From positions 1-64,000 of the IMG/VR virus record IMGVR_UViG_3300031718_000001: a DNA stretch of 64,000 nucleotides; one strand, 5' to 3'. The translations under genes and the position numbers were made by a program. The stretch comes from a virus. The notes under the pieces are model-generated. The model was given only the letters and a program-made list of their open reading frames with translations. It made no database searches and was not told where the DNA came from. Positions 9,701 to 18,402 of the stretch are shown one piece after another. Numbering within the stretch: position 1 is the first letter of the stretch; each line of letters starts with the position of its first letter.

Positions 9701-11517
9701 AGCCGCTGTCCAGGGAGTACTCGTCCGGCCGGATGCTCGTGTCGGACATCCGCCGCCCAGGTGGAGGGCTGCTGTCCGAGCGGCCGTACACCCAGCGCCA
9801 GATGGCTGCCGATATCAGGCGCAACGGGGTCGAGCAGCCGCTCGCCATAGAGCACACCACCGCCTACGGCGGCAACCCGACTGTGATCAACGGGCTGCAC
9901 AGGCTGGACGGCGCCCAGCGCGCCGGGATCGCCGATGTGCCGGTGGTAGTCAAGCACCTGCCCGGCCGCCTGCCTCCGATGCTCAGCCGCGAGCCTGCTA
10001 CCGAGCAGGAGTTCAATGATGCCTATGACACCGAGCGCAGCGGCAGGTGGGCAGGCGAGCCTGGGCTGACCGCCGAGGCCGAGGTTCTGGAGCCGTCAAA
10101 GCGAATCCGCAGGCGAGCGGTCAGGCAGCGCGATGGAGACGAGCGCAGTTTCGGCGAGTACACCATGCGGTACCGGACGACTGACGAAGGCGAGCGCAGG
10201 CCCCGTCACGTTATCGAGGTATTCCACCCAGATAGCGATCAGCCAGTCGGCAAGCTGTCCTGGCGCGGCAGCACCCGGAAGGTCGAGAGTATCGATGTCA
10301 GCGGCCCGCATCAGCGTAAGGGCCTGGCTACGGCCATGTGGGGCTGGTCGCAGGAGATGTCCCCGAAGGCCAGGCACTCGGACGATCAGACCGATCAGGG
10401 CAAGGCATGGGTGAAGTCGCTGAGCGCGCATGGCGCTTCGTCCAGCACGCCGGCTACTGCTGCGCTGGAGCCCGGGGCCGAAGATTCCGGGATCTCCGTA
10501 GAGCACCATGAGACGTTTTCTGGCGGAGCGACTTACCCGAATCTGCACACGTTTACCGCGCGCCATCCGGACGGGACTGAGGCACAGCTCAGCTACATGC
10601 TGTCTAAGCGCAACGCCAGGGGCGTAGTTGATCGCGCCTACATCCCCAAGGACCACGCGCAGTCCCTGGGAGTTCCTCTCGTCCAGGCCGCCAGGCGGCT
10701 GCACCCGGGTGTCTTCGTGAGGGGGATGCCGGGCCTTGACGAGGACTGGGGTCAGCACCTGCCGTCCGTTACCTCGCTGCACCGGAACCTGACGATAAAG
10801 CTGGAGCCGGCCGACCGGGCTTACGTTCATGACGAGTCGGTGCCCAGGGCGCACCGGGCTAGGTTCCTGATGGACCTGATGGCCCGCAGCGGGCCGTCGA
10901 TGCACTGGGCCTCCCAGCGGGGGCAGGTCGCGGCCGAGGAGAGCTTCGGGGACCATGAATTCCGTTCGCCCGAGCACACGCAGATCTCGCTCAGCGCAAG
11001 CCCGCCGTCGGCCGAGCACGTGGAGACCGATCCGGAGCGGATCTCCCGGAACGGCGGCTACGCCTACCAGGCGCCTGACTGGGAAGTTCCGCTGAAAGAA
11101 GGTGCTCCGGTGAACGTCGGATCGATCCGCTGGCGTACCGGTACGGCCGGGTGGACGCAGCACCGGTTCAGGAGCGGCCACCAGTTCACTGCCGGAGTGC
11201 ATCCGGCCGAGCTAGCATCCGCCCCGGCGCGGACGGCGCAGCTAGCCGTTCGGCCGGCAGAGCAGATCAGCGTCATCTCTTCCTGGATTCCGGAGAACAA
11301 CGCCCAGGTCCAGGAGATGCTGGATGACTTCCCGTTGCTGTTCATCGCCCTGGCCGACGGGCTGACCTCGCTGGCCGCGCGGATAGACGGGCCGGTGGAC
11401 GAGCGGATCCCGGGCGCGCTCACCGCGATGGCCGCCGCGTGCCAGTCCGCCGCCGAAGACGCCCGGGACACAGCAGCACGCGCACACGAAACCGCAGGAG
11501 CATGGCATGCCTCTTGA
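6709..11517 (+). CDS. giant polyvalent protein 1 (3x ParB-like, zinc finger, 3x repeated ART-like domain, GNAT, second ART-like family, C-terminal helical domain)
   Basis: GGHHR, DGHHK and NGLHR ParB motifs; three YR..P...NTGDWV[ST]...E[WH]GY repeats; QRKGLAT GNAT motif A; SD GGAGG before ATG 6709, alternative start 6766. Confidence 0.8.
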   Translation: MQRQQSRSSNTGIIANLGPMADDFLMHFEAAGEPEQPWASIRTAGPDEYGKYVYPDYPAKTPATLARYFRKNEPDYYAAVRQHVEAHGVQEPVLLRYRDGGGHPLKKPVVMGGHHRAAAAWELGQSLPVGDYDNPEHYEASNTGFAQQWWRDHSALKEQYTDPRTRTAAVRPGRGEKACLCCKGSGSHNDGSECDQCDESGLLHSNEEQRYCPGQPQPRRRRWREPVTGSFEDAEPEARQARFDRAREWLERNTDAHSGTVDIPAHWGHHVDNQTIHHILDTHGWPRDESDREDHWSHIEPENFPVHQPIHQHQGFVWPGGVEDKMIGAMEDSRPWDDQPAKIVRHEGNSYLLDGHHKLAGARLLGQDSIEAHVFDTSKPETYPEHCRECQDEGVEMTRRPETAHTAARPGYQGQHHPLSWNAPMHATEDAPGFYGDPGRHTYGEGADETLDQFRKARGNPDHPVRIYRTMPLHAGGTINTGDWVSLGREAPLDLAEQRNYHDPDSLFTDPLPDHSRYHTYEATVPARHVRNGGDMMEWGYWGDPVQGEHSPGCCDQHTAGLDVSASAGDEPSSDYKDLLGHFEAADSSVYHGVHIPPGGPEDDPEWASPMHDVRNAMPRAYAGWDAESGRQLQASEGKPDHPVTVYRALPADRREFNTGDWVTTSGAYARQHGESNLRHAPWHVVRADVPARHLFNEGYMTEWGYQGPHIANPAVHYVGHDHDRREASLEAEASGDDYRLTHGAPGPQSGHLPLHHYTGEDPDSHVRVYRSAPAGTESINTGDWVSLNPAYAHRHGYGEARDGGNWPVYTAEVPQRHVHWDENDPDEHGYNGPALHHPDVHDEETGALHDWDDYHEAHPHGQEAWLGGSVHLPVAEHDFAHDEFEWEPDRADTVLSAAREQGALHNARWRDDIYPAREDAEGHAAQHLGAVPEGHRLTAFTVHRNDAGAIDDIGLHHYEPSDDPYVRRPYAFADLSEHNYSHPAVEEAGRGHQAAYEPLSREYSSGRMLVSDIRRPGGGLLSERPYTQRQMAADIRRNGVEQPLAIEHTTAYGGNPTVINGLHRLDGAQRAGIADVPVVVKHLPGRLPPMLSREPATEQEFNDAYDTERSGRWAGEPGLTAEAEVLEPSKRIRRRAVRQRDGDERSFGEYTMRYRTTDEGERRPRHVIEVFHPDSDQPVGKLSWRGSTRKVESIDVSGPHQRKGLATAMWGWSQEMSPKARHSDDQTDQGKAWVKSLSAHGASSSTPATAALEPGAEDSGISVEHHETFSGGATYPNLHTFTARHPDGTEAQLSYMLSKRNARGVVDRAYIPKDHAQSLGVPLVQAARRLHPGVFVRGMPGLDEDWGQHLPSVTSLHRNLTIKLEPADRAYVHDESVPRAHRARFLMDLMARSGPSMHWASQRGQVAAEESFGDHEFRSPEHTQISLSASPPSAEHVETDPERISRNGGYAYQAPDWEVPLKEGAPVNVGSIRWRTGTAGWTQHRFRSGHQFTAGVHPAELASAPARTAQLAVRPAEQISVISSWIPENNAQVQEMLDDFPLLFIALADGLTSLAARIDGPVDERIPGALTAMAAACQSAAEDARDTAARAHETAGAWHAS
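6730..6766 (+). promoter_or_regulatory. sigma70-like promoter with element, giving a leaderless start at ATG 6766
   Basis: TCGTCA-17-TAACCT-7nt-ATG. Confidence 0.6.
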
Positions 11518-14500
11518 CGAGCCCGGGTTCCCGAACCCGCATACAGGTCAGGATGAGTGGTTCCACGGCACCAGGGCTTACCCCGAGGACCTTTCGCAGC
11601 ACGGGTTCATGGATCCGATGGACATAGACCGCGGCGGCTACGAGGACCCGGACGCCGAGACGACGGGCCACTGGAATGCCCTGCTCGGCACGCATTTCAC
11701 CGCCGATCACAAGGTGGCCCACGAGTTCGCCACCGGAGAGCATGACTCGGGCGAGAACGATCCCGGCGGCGAGCCTTGGCGCCCTGCCTACCAGGGCGTC
11801 GTGCATGCCCGGCTGCACCTGCGGAACCCGAAGATCTATGACTCCGAGCACGACATGGATCACGAGGCCTACGAGCACGAGTTCGCGGCCGGGAACCACC
11901 CGAGCAATCACGTCCCGCTGCTCGACAGCGACGACGAAGACGACCGGTACGAAGCCGAGGACATGTGGCCGCACGCTGACCGGCTGCACCAGGAGTACGG
12001 CAACCGGGAGATCCCGCGCAGCGCCTACACCCCGTACGGGACGGACGGCGCCGGCCACCCAGAGCGCACCCTGTGGCTGAGCACTCACCCCGACCGGCAT
12101 GACATTGCCGAGCGGTTCCGGCAGCGGCTCCAGGCCCAGGGTCATGACGGCGTGGTCTACGGAAACGAATACGAGAAGAGCCAGCACGGCCGCAAGGCGG
12201 TCTCGGCAATCGCCTTCCACCCGGATCAGGTCGATATCCGGCAGCACCACCATGCCGAACACACGTGCATGGACCCGGAGGAGGCCGCAGCGCACCGCGG
12301 CCGGCTTCCCGGCCTCGGTCAGGAGGCGCTGCCGGGCCTCGATGACTACAGCATCTCGCGCCAGGCGCTAGTGCAGCACTTCGCCGCAGACGAGGAGTTC
12401 GACCACCCCGAGTTCGGCAACTTCGACGAGGAGTACGGCCTCTATCACCATCCGGACCACGGCTGGCACTGCCATGCCTGCGGTGACTTCCACGACGACG
12501 CGGAGACGGCCACCAGGCACCAGGACTCCTATACCGACTGGGGCCGGGTGCACCCGGGTCTGCCTGAGCACATGCACCGCGGGCTCGCGCTCCAGCTCCC
12601 GGCGGAGCTGCATGACGCGGTGCACGACGAGAGCGCCCCGGTTGAGCGGCGCGGCCGGATGCTCCTGGAACACCTCGGCGAGGACGGTCACGGCACCCAC
12701 TGGACGCCAGACGAGGAGCAGGCCGCTCATTATGCCGGGGTCAGCGCTCACCAGAACGCGGGCACCTGGCACGGCGGCAGCGGCCAGACCCACGTCATCC
12801 TGCACGCCCGCAGGCCCGCCATCGACGACATCGAGACCGACCCTGACACGCTGGCTGATCAGGACGTGATCAGCTTCGGCGACCATGATGACGCTGAGAT
12901 CCCGATCCGCCAGGGCGCCCCCGTGCACCTGACCGGGATCTCCTGGAAGCGCGCGGACGCGCCTGATACAGCATGGCAGCAGCACGACCTTCCGCAGACG
13001 CATCTGGGAGCACTGGAAATGACCGCAGGTGACGCAGATGAGGGCCTGACCTGGGACGAGATCGGCGAGCGGCACCCGGCGCTTTACGGTGACCCCGAGA
13101 TCCACGGCGAGGCGGCCGAGGGCGCTGACGGTGAGGGGATCGGCGATGTAGCCGGCCACCTGGCCTACGACCGGCCTGGGCACAACTACGCCGAGGGCAC
13201 CGGGGAAGAGCACCCGTCCTACACCGGCCTGCGGTTCTACCCGCGCACCATAGACCCCGCCCGGATCGACTACGCCCGCCACGGCAGCGATGACCAGCGT
13301 GTCCGCAACGCCCGCGCCGGCTACTCCGGCGCGCACCCGGACCACGTGCCCCCGCTGATCCTCGTGCACCGCCACGGCGTGTTCCAGGTCGCTGACGGGC
13401 ACCACCGCGGCGAGGGCGCCAGCCTGGCGTGGCGGCCGGTCGCCGCCTATGTCGCCTACTCACCGCACGAGCACGAGCCGTTCAGCGATGGCGAGCGCGG
13501 CCCGTTCCACGGCGCCGAGACCGAAGAGCAGCACGCCCTGGAGCGGGACACCGAGGGCGGCCGGATGAGCTACCCCGGTTTCCCGCACACAGCCGAGACC
13601 CCGCACCCGGTAACGGCGGCCCTGGTCAGCCACTTCGCCGAGCTGGAGCCGCCGAAGTACCACCCCGAGGCGCGGTGCCCGATGTGCGGGGGCCGCAACT
13701 ACGAGCGCGAGGAGCGGCCGGGATACATCCCGGAGGGGTCCAGGGCGCCGGCCTACTGCCGGAACTGCGGGGAGGCCTTCGACGCGAGCAGGTCCGGCCG
13801 CGAGATCGCCGAGGAGCGCGAGCGTGAGCACCGCGAGTGGGAGGAGGCCACCAGGAACCGCCGGTACAACGGCGAGGCCCTGTTCCACGGCACCAGGTCC
13901 GAGCTGCACCCCGGAGACCTGCTGACCCCTGACGAGGCCGAGCGCCACCGGGCGCACCCGGACGAGGACAGCCGGGGGTACATGCACGCCACGACCGTCG
14001 GCGAGGAGGCCTACGGCTGGGGCGAGCGCGCAAGCGGCGCCGAAACGCATGAGCGGATGACCGAGCTGGGCCGGGGCAGGCCCATGCCCGCCGGTCATTC
14101 GCAGGGCGAGGCCTACCGGCCGCGGGTCTACCAGGTTGAGCCGACCGGCCCGGTCGAGTACGACCCGAACGGCGAAGGCGAGGCATTCCGCAGCGCGCAT
14201 CCGCTGCGCGTCGTCCAGGAGGTACACCCTCTGGTCTGCTATCACGAGGATCATGAGGGCGAGTACCACTGGCCCGACCACGAGCACTACGAGTTCCTCA
14301 AGCAGCAGGAAGACGACGAGCACGAGGATGACGACGACGACTGGGGTCACGAAGCGGCTGCCATAGCGAGCGCGGACGAGCACGACGGCGATGGCTACAC
14401 CGTCTGCGACCAGGGCCACGAGCACTGGGGCCTGAACGGCGCCGCAGGCCTGCTGGTGCGCCACCACGACGACGACGGGGAGACCAGGTACCTGCTCCAG

Positions 14501-15598
14501 CACCGGTCGCCGTACGTCCAGCACGGCCGCACCTGGAGCACGCCAGGTGGCGCAATGGGCAGCGGCGAGACGCCCGAGCATGCCGCTCTGCGCGAGGCCC
14601 GCGAGGAGATGGGTGAGCTGCCCGGTGACCTGGAGCACCACCACACGGTCACCGATGACCACGGCGGATGGTCCTACCACACCGTGGTGATGGACTCGCC
14701 GACCAGGTTCCGCCCCAGCGGAAGCGGCGAGACCGACTGGGAGAGCGAGGGCAGCGGCTGGTTCACCCCTGGCGAGATCCAGGGCCTGCCTCTGCATCCC
14801 GGGTTCCGGTCGAGCTGGGACAAGGTGCAGCACTCAGGATCGCTCCGGGTCGTGGCCCTGGACGACGTGCCCGCCTTCACCCACCGCTACCTCTCGGCCC
14901 AGCCAGACGGCGGGTACGCCGAGCGCGAGGAGCTGGTCCAGGGGCCGTTCTACCACGGCAGCCGGTCGAAGCGGCTGGGCGAGGGCGCCGAGCTGACTCC
15001 CGGCCGCAAGACCAACGGCTGGGGCGACGAGGGATCGAAGTCGCAATGGGTGCACTTCACGACTGACCTGGGCGGGGCAGCCGAGTACGCGCGCCAGGCA
15101 GGCGGACACGTCTATGAGGTCGAGCCGCACGGTGACGTGCAGATGGGCTACAGCGGCAGCGATTGGAAGTCGAAGGGGGTGCTGCGCGTCCGCCGCGTGG
15201 TCCCGCCGGAGGAGATCGCCAGGCACCAGGCCCGGACAGGCCAGCTCATCGTCGCCGCGAACGTCTCCGATCATGTCCTGACCCGGGGTGCCCCGATCCC
15301 TGCCGCGGCTGACGTGCATGCGGCTATCGGCGCCTGGACGCCGCAGAACGCCCGCGAGGTGCATGAGTGCCTGGATGAGTTCCCGCTGCTGTTCCGGGCA
15401 CTGCACGAGGGCCTGGCCGAACTGGCGCACGAACTCGAAGGCACACCGGTCAGCGTCCATCTCATCGCCATCGTGCGCAGGATGGCAGCGTGCTGCCAGG
15501 GCGCGGCCGAGGACGCCACGGAGGTTGCCGGACGCCCGCTGGATGGCGCAGAAGGTATGTGGGAAGGATCGCGAGCGTCAGTCGGCCCAAAAGCCTGA
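11507..15598 (+). CDS. giant polyvalent protein 2 (ART-PolyVal-like, ART-like, ParB-like, zinc ribbon, 2x Arr-like ART, NUDIX, C-terminal helical domain)
   Basis: WFHGT..GTHFT..LRNP..GHDGV; ADGHHR; LFHGT..VYQVEPTG and FYHGS..VYEVEP Arr-like motifs; NUDIX box GGAMGSGETPEHAALREAREE; SD AGGAG. Confidence 0.8.
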   Translation: MPLDEPGFPNPHTGQDEWFHGTRAYPEDLSQHGFMDPMDIDRGGYEDPDAETTGHWNALLGTHFTADHKVAHEFATGEHDSGENDPGGEPWRPAYQGVVHARLHLRNPKIYDSEHDMDHEAYEHEFAAGNHPSNHVPLLDSDDEDDRYEAEDMWPHADRLHQEYGNREIPRSAYTPYGTDGAGHPERTLWLSTHPDRHDIAERFRQRLQAQGHDGVVYGNEYEKSQHGRKAVSAIAFHPDQVDIRQHHHAEHTCMDPEEAAAHRGRLPGLGQEALPGLDDYSISRQALVQHFAADEEFDHPEFGNFDEEYGLYHHPDHGWHCHACGDFHDDAETATRHQDSYTDWGRVHPGLPEHMHRGLALQLPAELHDAVHDESAPVERRGRMLLEHLGEDGHGTHWTPDEEQAAHYAGVSAHQNAGTWHGGSGQTHVILHARRPAIDDIETDPDTLADQDVISFGDHDDAEIPIRQGAPVHLTGISWKRADAPDTAWQQHDLPQTHLGALEMTAGDADEGLTWDEIGERHPALYGDPEIHGEAAEGADGEGIGDVAGHLAYDRPGHNYAEGTGEEHPSYTGLRFYPRTIDPARIDYARHGSDDQRVRNARAGYSGAHPDHVPPLILVHRHGVFQVADGHHRGEGASLAWRPVAAYVAYSPHEHEPFSDGERGPFHGAETEEQHALERDTEGGRMSYPGFPHTAETPHPVTAALVSHFAELEPPKYHPEARCPMCGGRNYEREERPGYIPEGSRAPAYCRNCGEAFDASRSGREIAEEREREHREWEEATRNRRYNGEALFHGTRSELHPGDLLTPDEAERHRAHPDEDSRGYMHATTVGEEAYGWGERASGAETHERMTELGRGRPMPAGHSQGEAYRPRVYQVEPTGPVEYDPNGEGEAFRSAHPLRVVQEVHPLVCYHEDHEGEYHWPDHEHYEFLKQQEDDEHEDDDDDWGHEAAAIASADEHDGDGYTVCDQGHEHWGLNGAAGLLVRHHDDDGETRYLLQHRSPYVQHGRTWSTPGGAMGSGETPEHAALREAREEMGELPGDLEHHHTVTDDHGGWSYHTVVMDSPTRFRPSGSGETDWESEGSGWFTPGEIQGLPLHPGFRSSWDKVQHSGSLRVVALDDVPAFTHRYLSAQPDGGYAEREELVQGPFYHGSRSKRLGEGAELTPGRKTNGWGDEGSKSQWVHFTTDLGGAAEYARQAGGHVYEVEPHGDVQMGYSGSDWKSKGVLRVRRVVPPEEIARHQARTGQLIVAANVSDHVLTRGAPIPAAADVHAAIGAWTPQNAREVHECLDEFPLLFRALHEGLAELAHELEGTPVSVHLIAIVRRMAACCQGAAEDATEVAGRPLDGAEGMWEGSRASVGPKA
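15586..15592 (+). other. candidate -1 frameshift slippery heptamer C CCA AAA
   Basis: X XXY YYZ in the zero frame, one codon before the stop; the -1 frame stays open for 934 codons. Confidence 0.7.
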
Positions 15599-18396
15599 GC
15601 CGGACGGCAGCCGGTGACTGGGATCCGTACGAGGAGACCTGGGACGAGCACCGGGCCGGCCAGGAACCGGATGAGCCGCTGCCTTCCGAGACGGACGAGT
15701 ACTGGAGCCCGCCGCACCTCTACCACGGCACAGCCGAGGACCTGAAGCCAGGCGATTCAGTAGAGCCCGGCCATGGCCCGAACTTCGGCGGCGGCCAGTC
15801 CATGGACCCGCGGCACACTCATGCCTATGCGACCCCTCATATCCGTTCTGCCTGGGAGTATGCAGAGAACGCAGCCGCCAGGCGAGGCGGTCGTCCCCGG
15901 GTCTACGAGGTAGGCCGCACGGAAGATATGCTGCCCGACCCGGAGAGCGGCCACGCCGTCGGCGGCCCCCAGATGATCCCCCACCCGGGCTGGCGCAGCA
16001 AGACCGGCTTCCCCGTGCTCCGGGAACTGGAACCGCACGAGCTGGGCGATTACACGGCCGCTGCGCACTGGGCACCGTCGTCGGGCATTTTCGCGCCGAC
16101 TACCGGGCTCGACCGCCGGCTGTTCGACGGCCGCGAGCATCTGCGCCCGGTCGCCCGCGGGGCCATCATGGAGAAGCTCGACCGCTGCCTCCGCACCGAC
16201 ACCGGCCTGACCGGATCGGACTGGCAGGACTGGCTGAAGGTGTACCTGGCCGGCGGGTCAGCGAGCGAGTGGGCCGGCGACCGGCCGAACGAGGCGGCCC
16301 AGGACCTGGACGTGCTGCTCGGCGTGGACTATGCCGGGGCACGCAGGAACACCCCCGGGTTCCGGGAGATGACCGACGCCGAGATCGACGCCGCGCTCAA
16401 CACGGGCCTGCGGAGGTGCTTCAACACCGACGGCTGGAGCCCGGACGGCTTCGAGGGCACCTGGAACCTGACCGGCTACGTCAACCCGCAGGCCTGGGAC
16501 ATCCGCTCGATCAAGCCCTATGCCGCCTGGGATCTCTCGGACTCACGCTGGGCTGTCCGGCCGCCGCACCTGCCAGATCATGCCCTGGCCGACTTCAACC
16601 CGGCCGTGCTGGCCGAGGCCAGGGCCATCGCCTCCCAGGCCCGCGCCATCCTGCGGCTGCCCGAGGCGCTCCGGATCCGCGAGGCCCGCGCGCTCTGGGA
16701 CCGCATCCACGACTCCCGGCGCTCAGCGTTCTCGGAGGAGGGCGAGGGCTGGACTGACCCGGGCAACGTCATCGAGAAGTGGCTGGCCTACGCCCCCGGT
16801 AACCTCCTGGGCCAGATCCGGGAGCTGGCGCTAGCGAAGACGGCGGGGCTAGTCCAGCCGCGGCCGGAGGATTTCGCTCACGGTGTCTATAACAATGACA
16901 CCAGCGATTTCCGGCTGCACGGCGACGATTACATCTTGCATCACAGCCATCCGAAGGTGATCACGGCCTACGTCCGCGGGCCGGAGCTGGTGGCTCCAGA
17001 CCAGCCGAACTACACTCGCGGCCACCAGCGCCCTTACGAGGTCGGGTACTTGAGCTGGCTCGGCGGTGATACCCCGAAGATCTACAAGACCTTTGTGAAG
17101 GAGGATCACCGCCGTAAGGGCGTGGCCTCCGCGATGCTCGGCTTCGCCCGGGAGATCGAGCCCAGCCTCCAGCACTCGCACGCCCTGACTGAGGACGGTC
17201 ACGCCTGGGCCGAGAAAACGGCTGCCCACGTACCCGGAGATGAGCCGGTCGTCCGGACGCACATGGATCTCGGCTGGAGCCCGGACGAGTGGGCTGATGC
17301 CCGGCGTGACCCGTGGCACGCTTCAGCTAAGCTCGCTCAGGCCGAAGTCCGGCACTCCCACCCGAAGCTCCGCATGCCGCTTCCGCGCGGCGAGGAGGGC
17401 GACGCCATGGTGGGTCACCTGCTGCGCTACGCCGGGTACCAGGGGCCTACCGAGGGCGCGTTCGCCGCCAGGCACCCGGACCCGTCGAAGATGACCTCGA
17501 ACCCGTCCTGGCTGAACGGCAAGCCGGGCGTGGCCCTCCACCCGGACAGGTGGGACTACGGCACGGCCGCGCACGAAGCCGCCCACCATGTCGTGATGTA
17601 CAACCACGCAGTCGCGCGGAATGAGCCGCAGACCGACGAGCAGGTGCACGGCCCGGAGTGGGCTCGCGCCTACGGCCAGGCGCTCAACAAGATCTCGAAG
17701 CACGCCGGGGACGACTTCGTGTACCACCACGGCCGGTTCCGCTCGATGATCGACGAGGGACTCCAGTATGTCCGGCCGGGCGATCTCGATGACGCCGAGA
17801 AGCGCCTGCCGCCCCGCCGCTGGGTCGATGACGAGGTGTACCCCGCTCCAACGCGGCTGGCTTCAGCGTTGGAACCGCGGGCTGGCGCTGCAACCCGCGT
17901 TGGAGTCACCGGCTACGACGGCCTGACGAAACGCTCGGGCATGATCTACCTCGACCTGCCCGAGGGCGCCGTCCGCCGCCTGCCGGGCGGCGTGGACGAC
18001 CACCACATCACGGTTGTCTACCTCGGGAAGAACGTGACCGACGAGGCCTTCGAGGAGGCGTGCCGCCGGGCACGGCTGGCCGCGGGAAAGACCGGCCCGC
18101 TGCACGGATTCCTGAACGGGACCGAGACCTTCGAGCCCAGCGATTCCAGCGGGGAGAAGGTGCCGGTGTTCGTGCCGGCCTACATCCCGGGCATCGGAGC
18201 GCTGCGCCGGGAACTGGAGGACCTGTCGGGAAGTGAGCACCGGCAGTACCGCCCGCACGTTACGCTGGCCTATCTTGAGCCAGAGGATGATCTTCCCGCC
18301 CCGCATCCGAAGGTGGATGTGAGCTTCGGGCGGCTGCACGTAAAGCGCGGGGACCAGGTGGTAAGTTTCCCGCTGGGCCATTCGCAGTGGGGGTGA
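15592..18396 (+). CDS. giant polyvalent protein 3 (Arr-like ART, Pol-beta-like nucleotidyltransferase, GNAT, zincin peptidase, 2H phosphoesterase); probably made as a -1 frameshift extension of protein 2
   Basis: LYHGT..PRVYEV; GGS..DLDV; HRRKGVAS; HEAAH..HGPEW; HIT and HVT motifs; no convincing start codon of its own. Confidence 0.75.
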   Translation, partial: SLSRTAAGDWDPYEETWDEHRAGQEPDEPLPSETDEYWSPPHLYHGTAEDLKPGDSVEPGHGPNFGGGQSMDPRHTHAYATPHIRSAWEYAENAAARRGGRPRVYEVGRTEDMLPDPESGHAVGGPQMIPHPGWRSKTGFPVLRELEPHELGDYTAAAHWAPSSGIFAPTTGLDRRLFDGREHLRPVARGAIMEKLDRCLRTDTGLTGSDWQDWLKVYLAGGSASEWAGDRPNEAAQDLDVLLGVDYAGARRNTPGFREMTDAEIDAALNTGLRRCFNTDGWSPDGFEGTWNLTGYVNPQAWDIRSIKPYAAWDLSDSRWAVRPPHLPDHALADFNPAVLAEARAIASQARAILRLPEALRIREARALWDRIHDSRRSAFSEEGEGWTDPGNVIEKWLAYAPGNLLGQIRELALAKTAGLVQPRPEDFAHGVYNNDTSDFRLHGDDYILHHSHPKVITAYVRGPELVAPDQPNYTRGHQRPYEVGYLSWLGGDTPKIYKTFVKEDHRRKGVASAMLGFAREIEPSLQHSHALTEDGHAWAEKTAAHVPGDEPVVRTHMDLGWSPDEWADARRDPWHASAKLAQAEVRHSHPKLRMPLPRGEEGDAMVGHLLRYAGYQGPTEGAFAARHPDPSKMTSNPSWLNGKPGVALHPDRWDYGTAAHEAAHHVVMYNHAVARNEPQTDEQVHGPEWARAYGQALNKISKHAGDDFVYHHGRFRSMIDEGLQYVRPGDLDDAEKRLPPRRWVDDEVYPAPTRLASALEPRAGAATRVGVTGYDGLTKRSGMIYLDLPEGAVRRLPGGVDDHHITVVYLGKNVTDEAFEEACRRARLAAGKTGPLHGFLNGTETFEPSDSSGEKVPVFVPAYIPGIGALRRELEDLSGSEHRQYRPHVTLAYLEPEDDLPAPHPKVDVSFGRLHVKRGDQVVSFPLGHSQWG

Positions 18397-18402
18397 AGCG
18401 CT

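Noticed and set aside
11500-11517. Frameshift fusion of giant proteins 1 and 2
   Set aside because: The offset is +1, there is no slippery site, and ORF 2 has its own SD and ATG
3660-14833. Long antisense ORFs (e.g. 3660-4979, 6733-8031, 13460-14833; also 62421-63701)
   Set aside because: Shadow frames of GC3-rich genes, with no motifs or SD and fully overlapping well-supported genes
13875-16040. Arr-like domains as rifampicin-resistance genes
   Set aside because: They are divergent modules inside phage polyproteins; the fold motif alone does not show rifampicin specificity
18366-18372. T TTC CCG as a third slippery heptamer
   Set aside because: The -1 frame stops at TAG 18411 after about 14 codons, and Y=C is unfavourable
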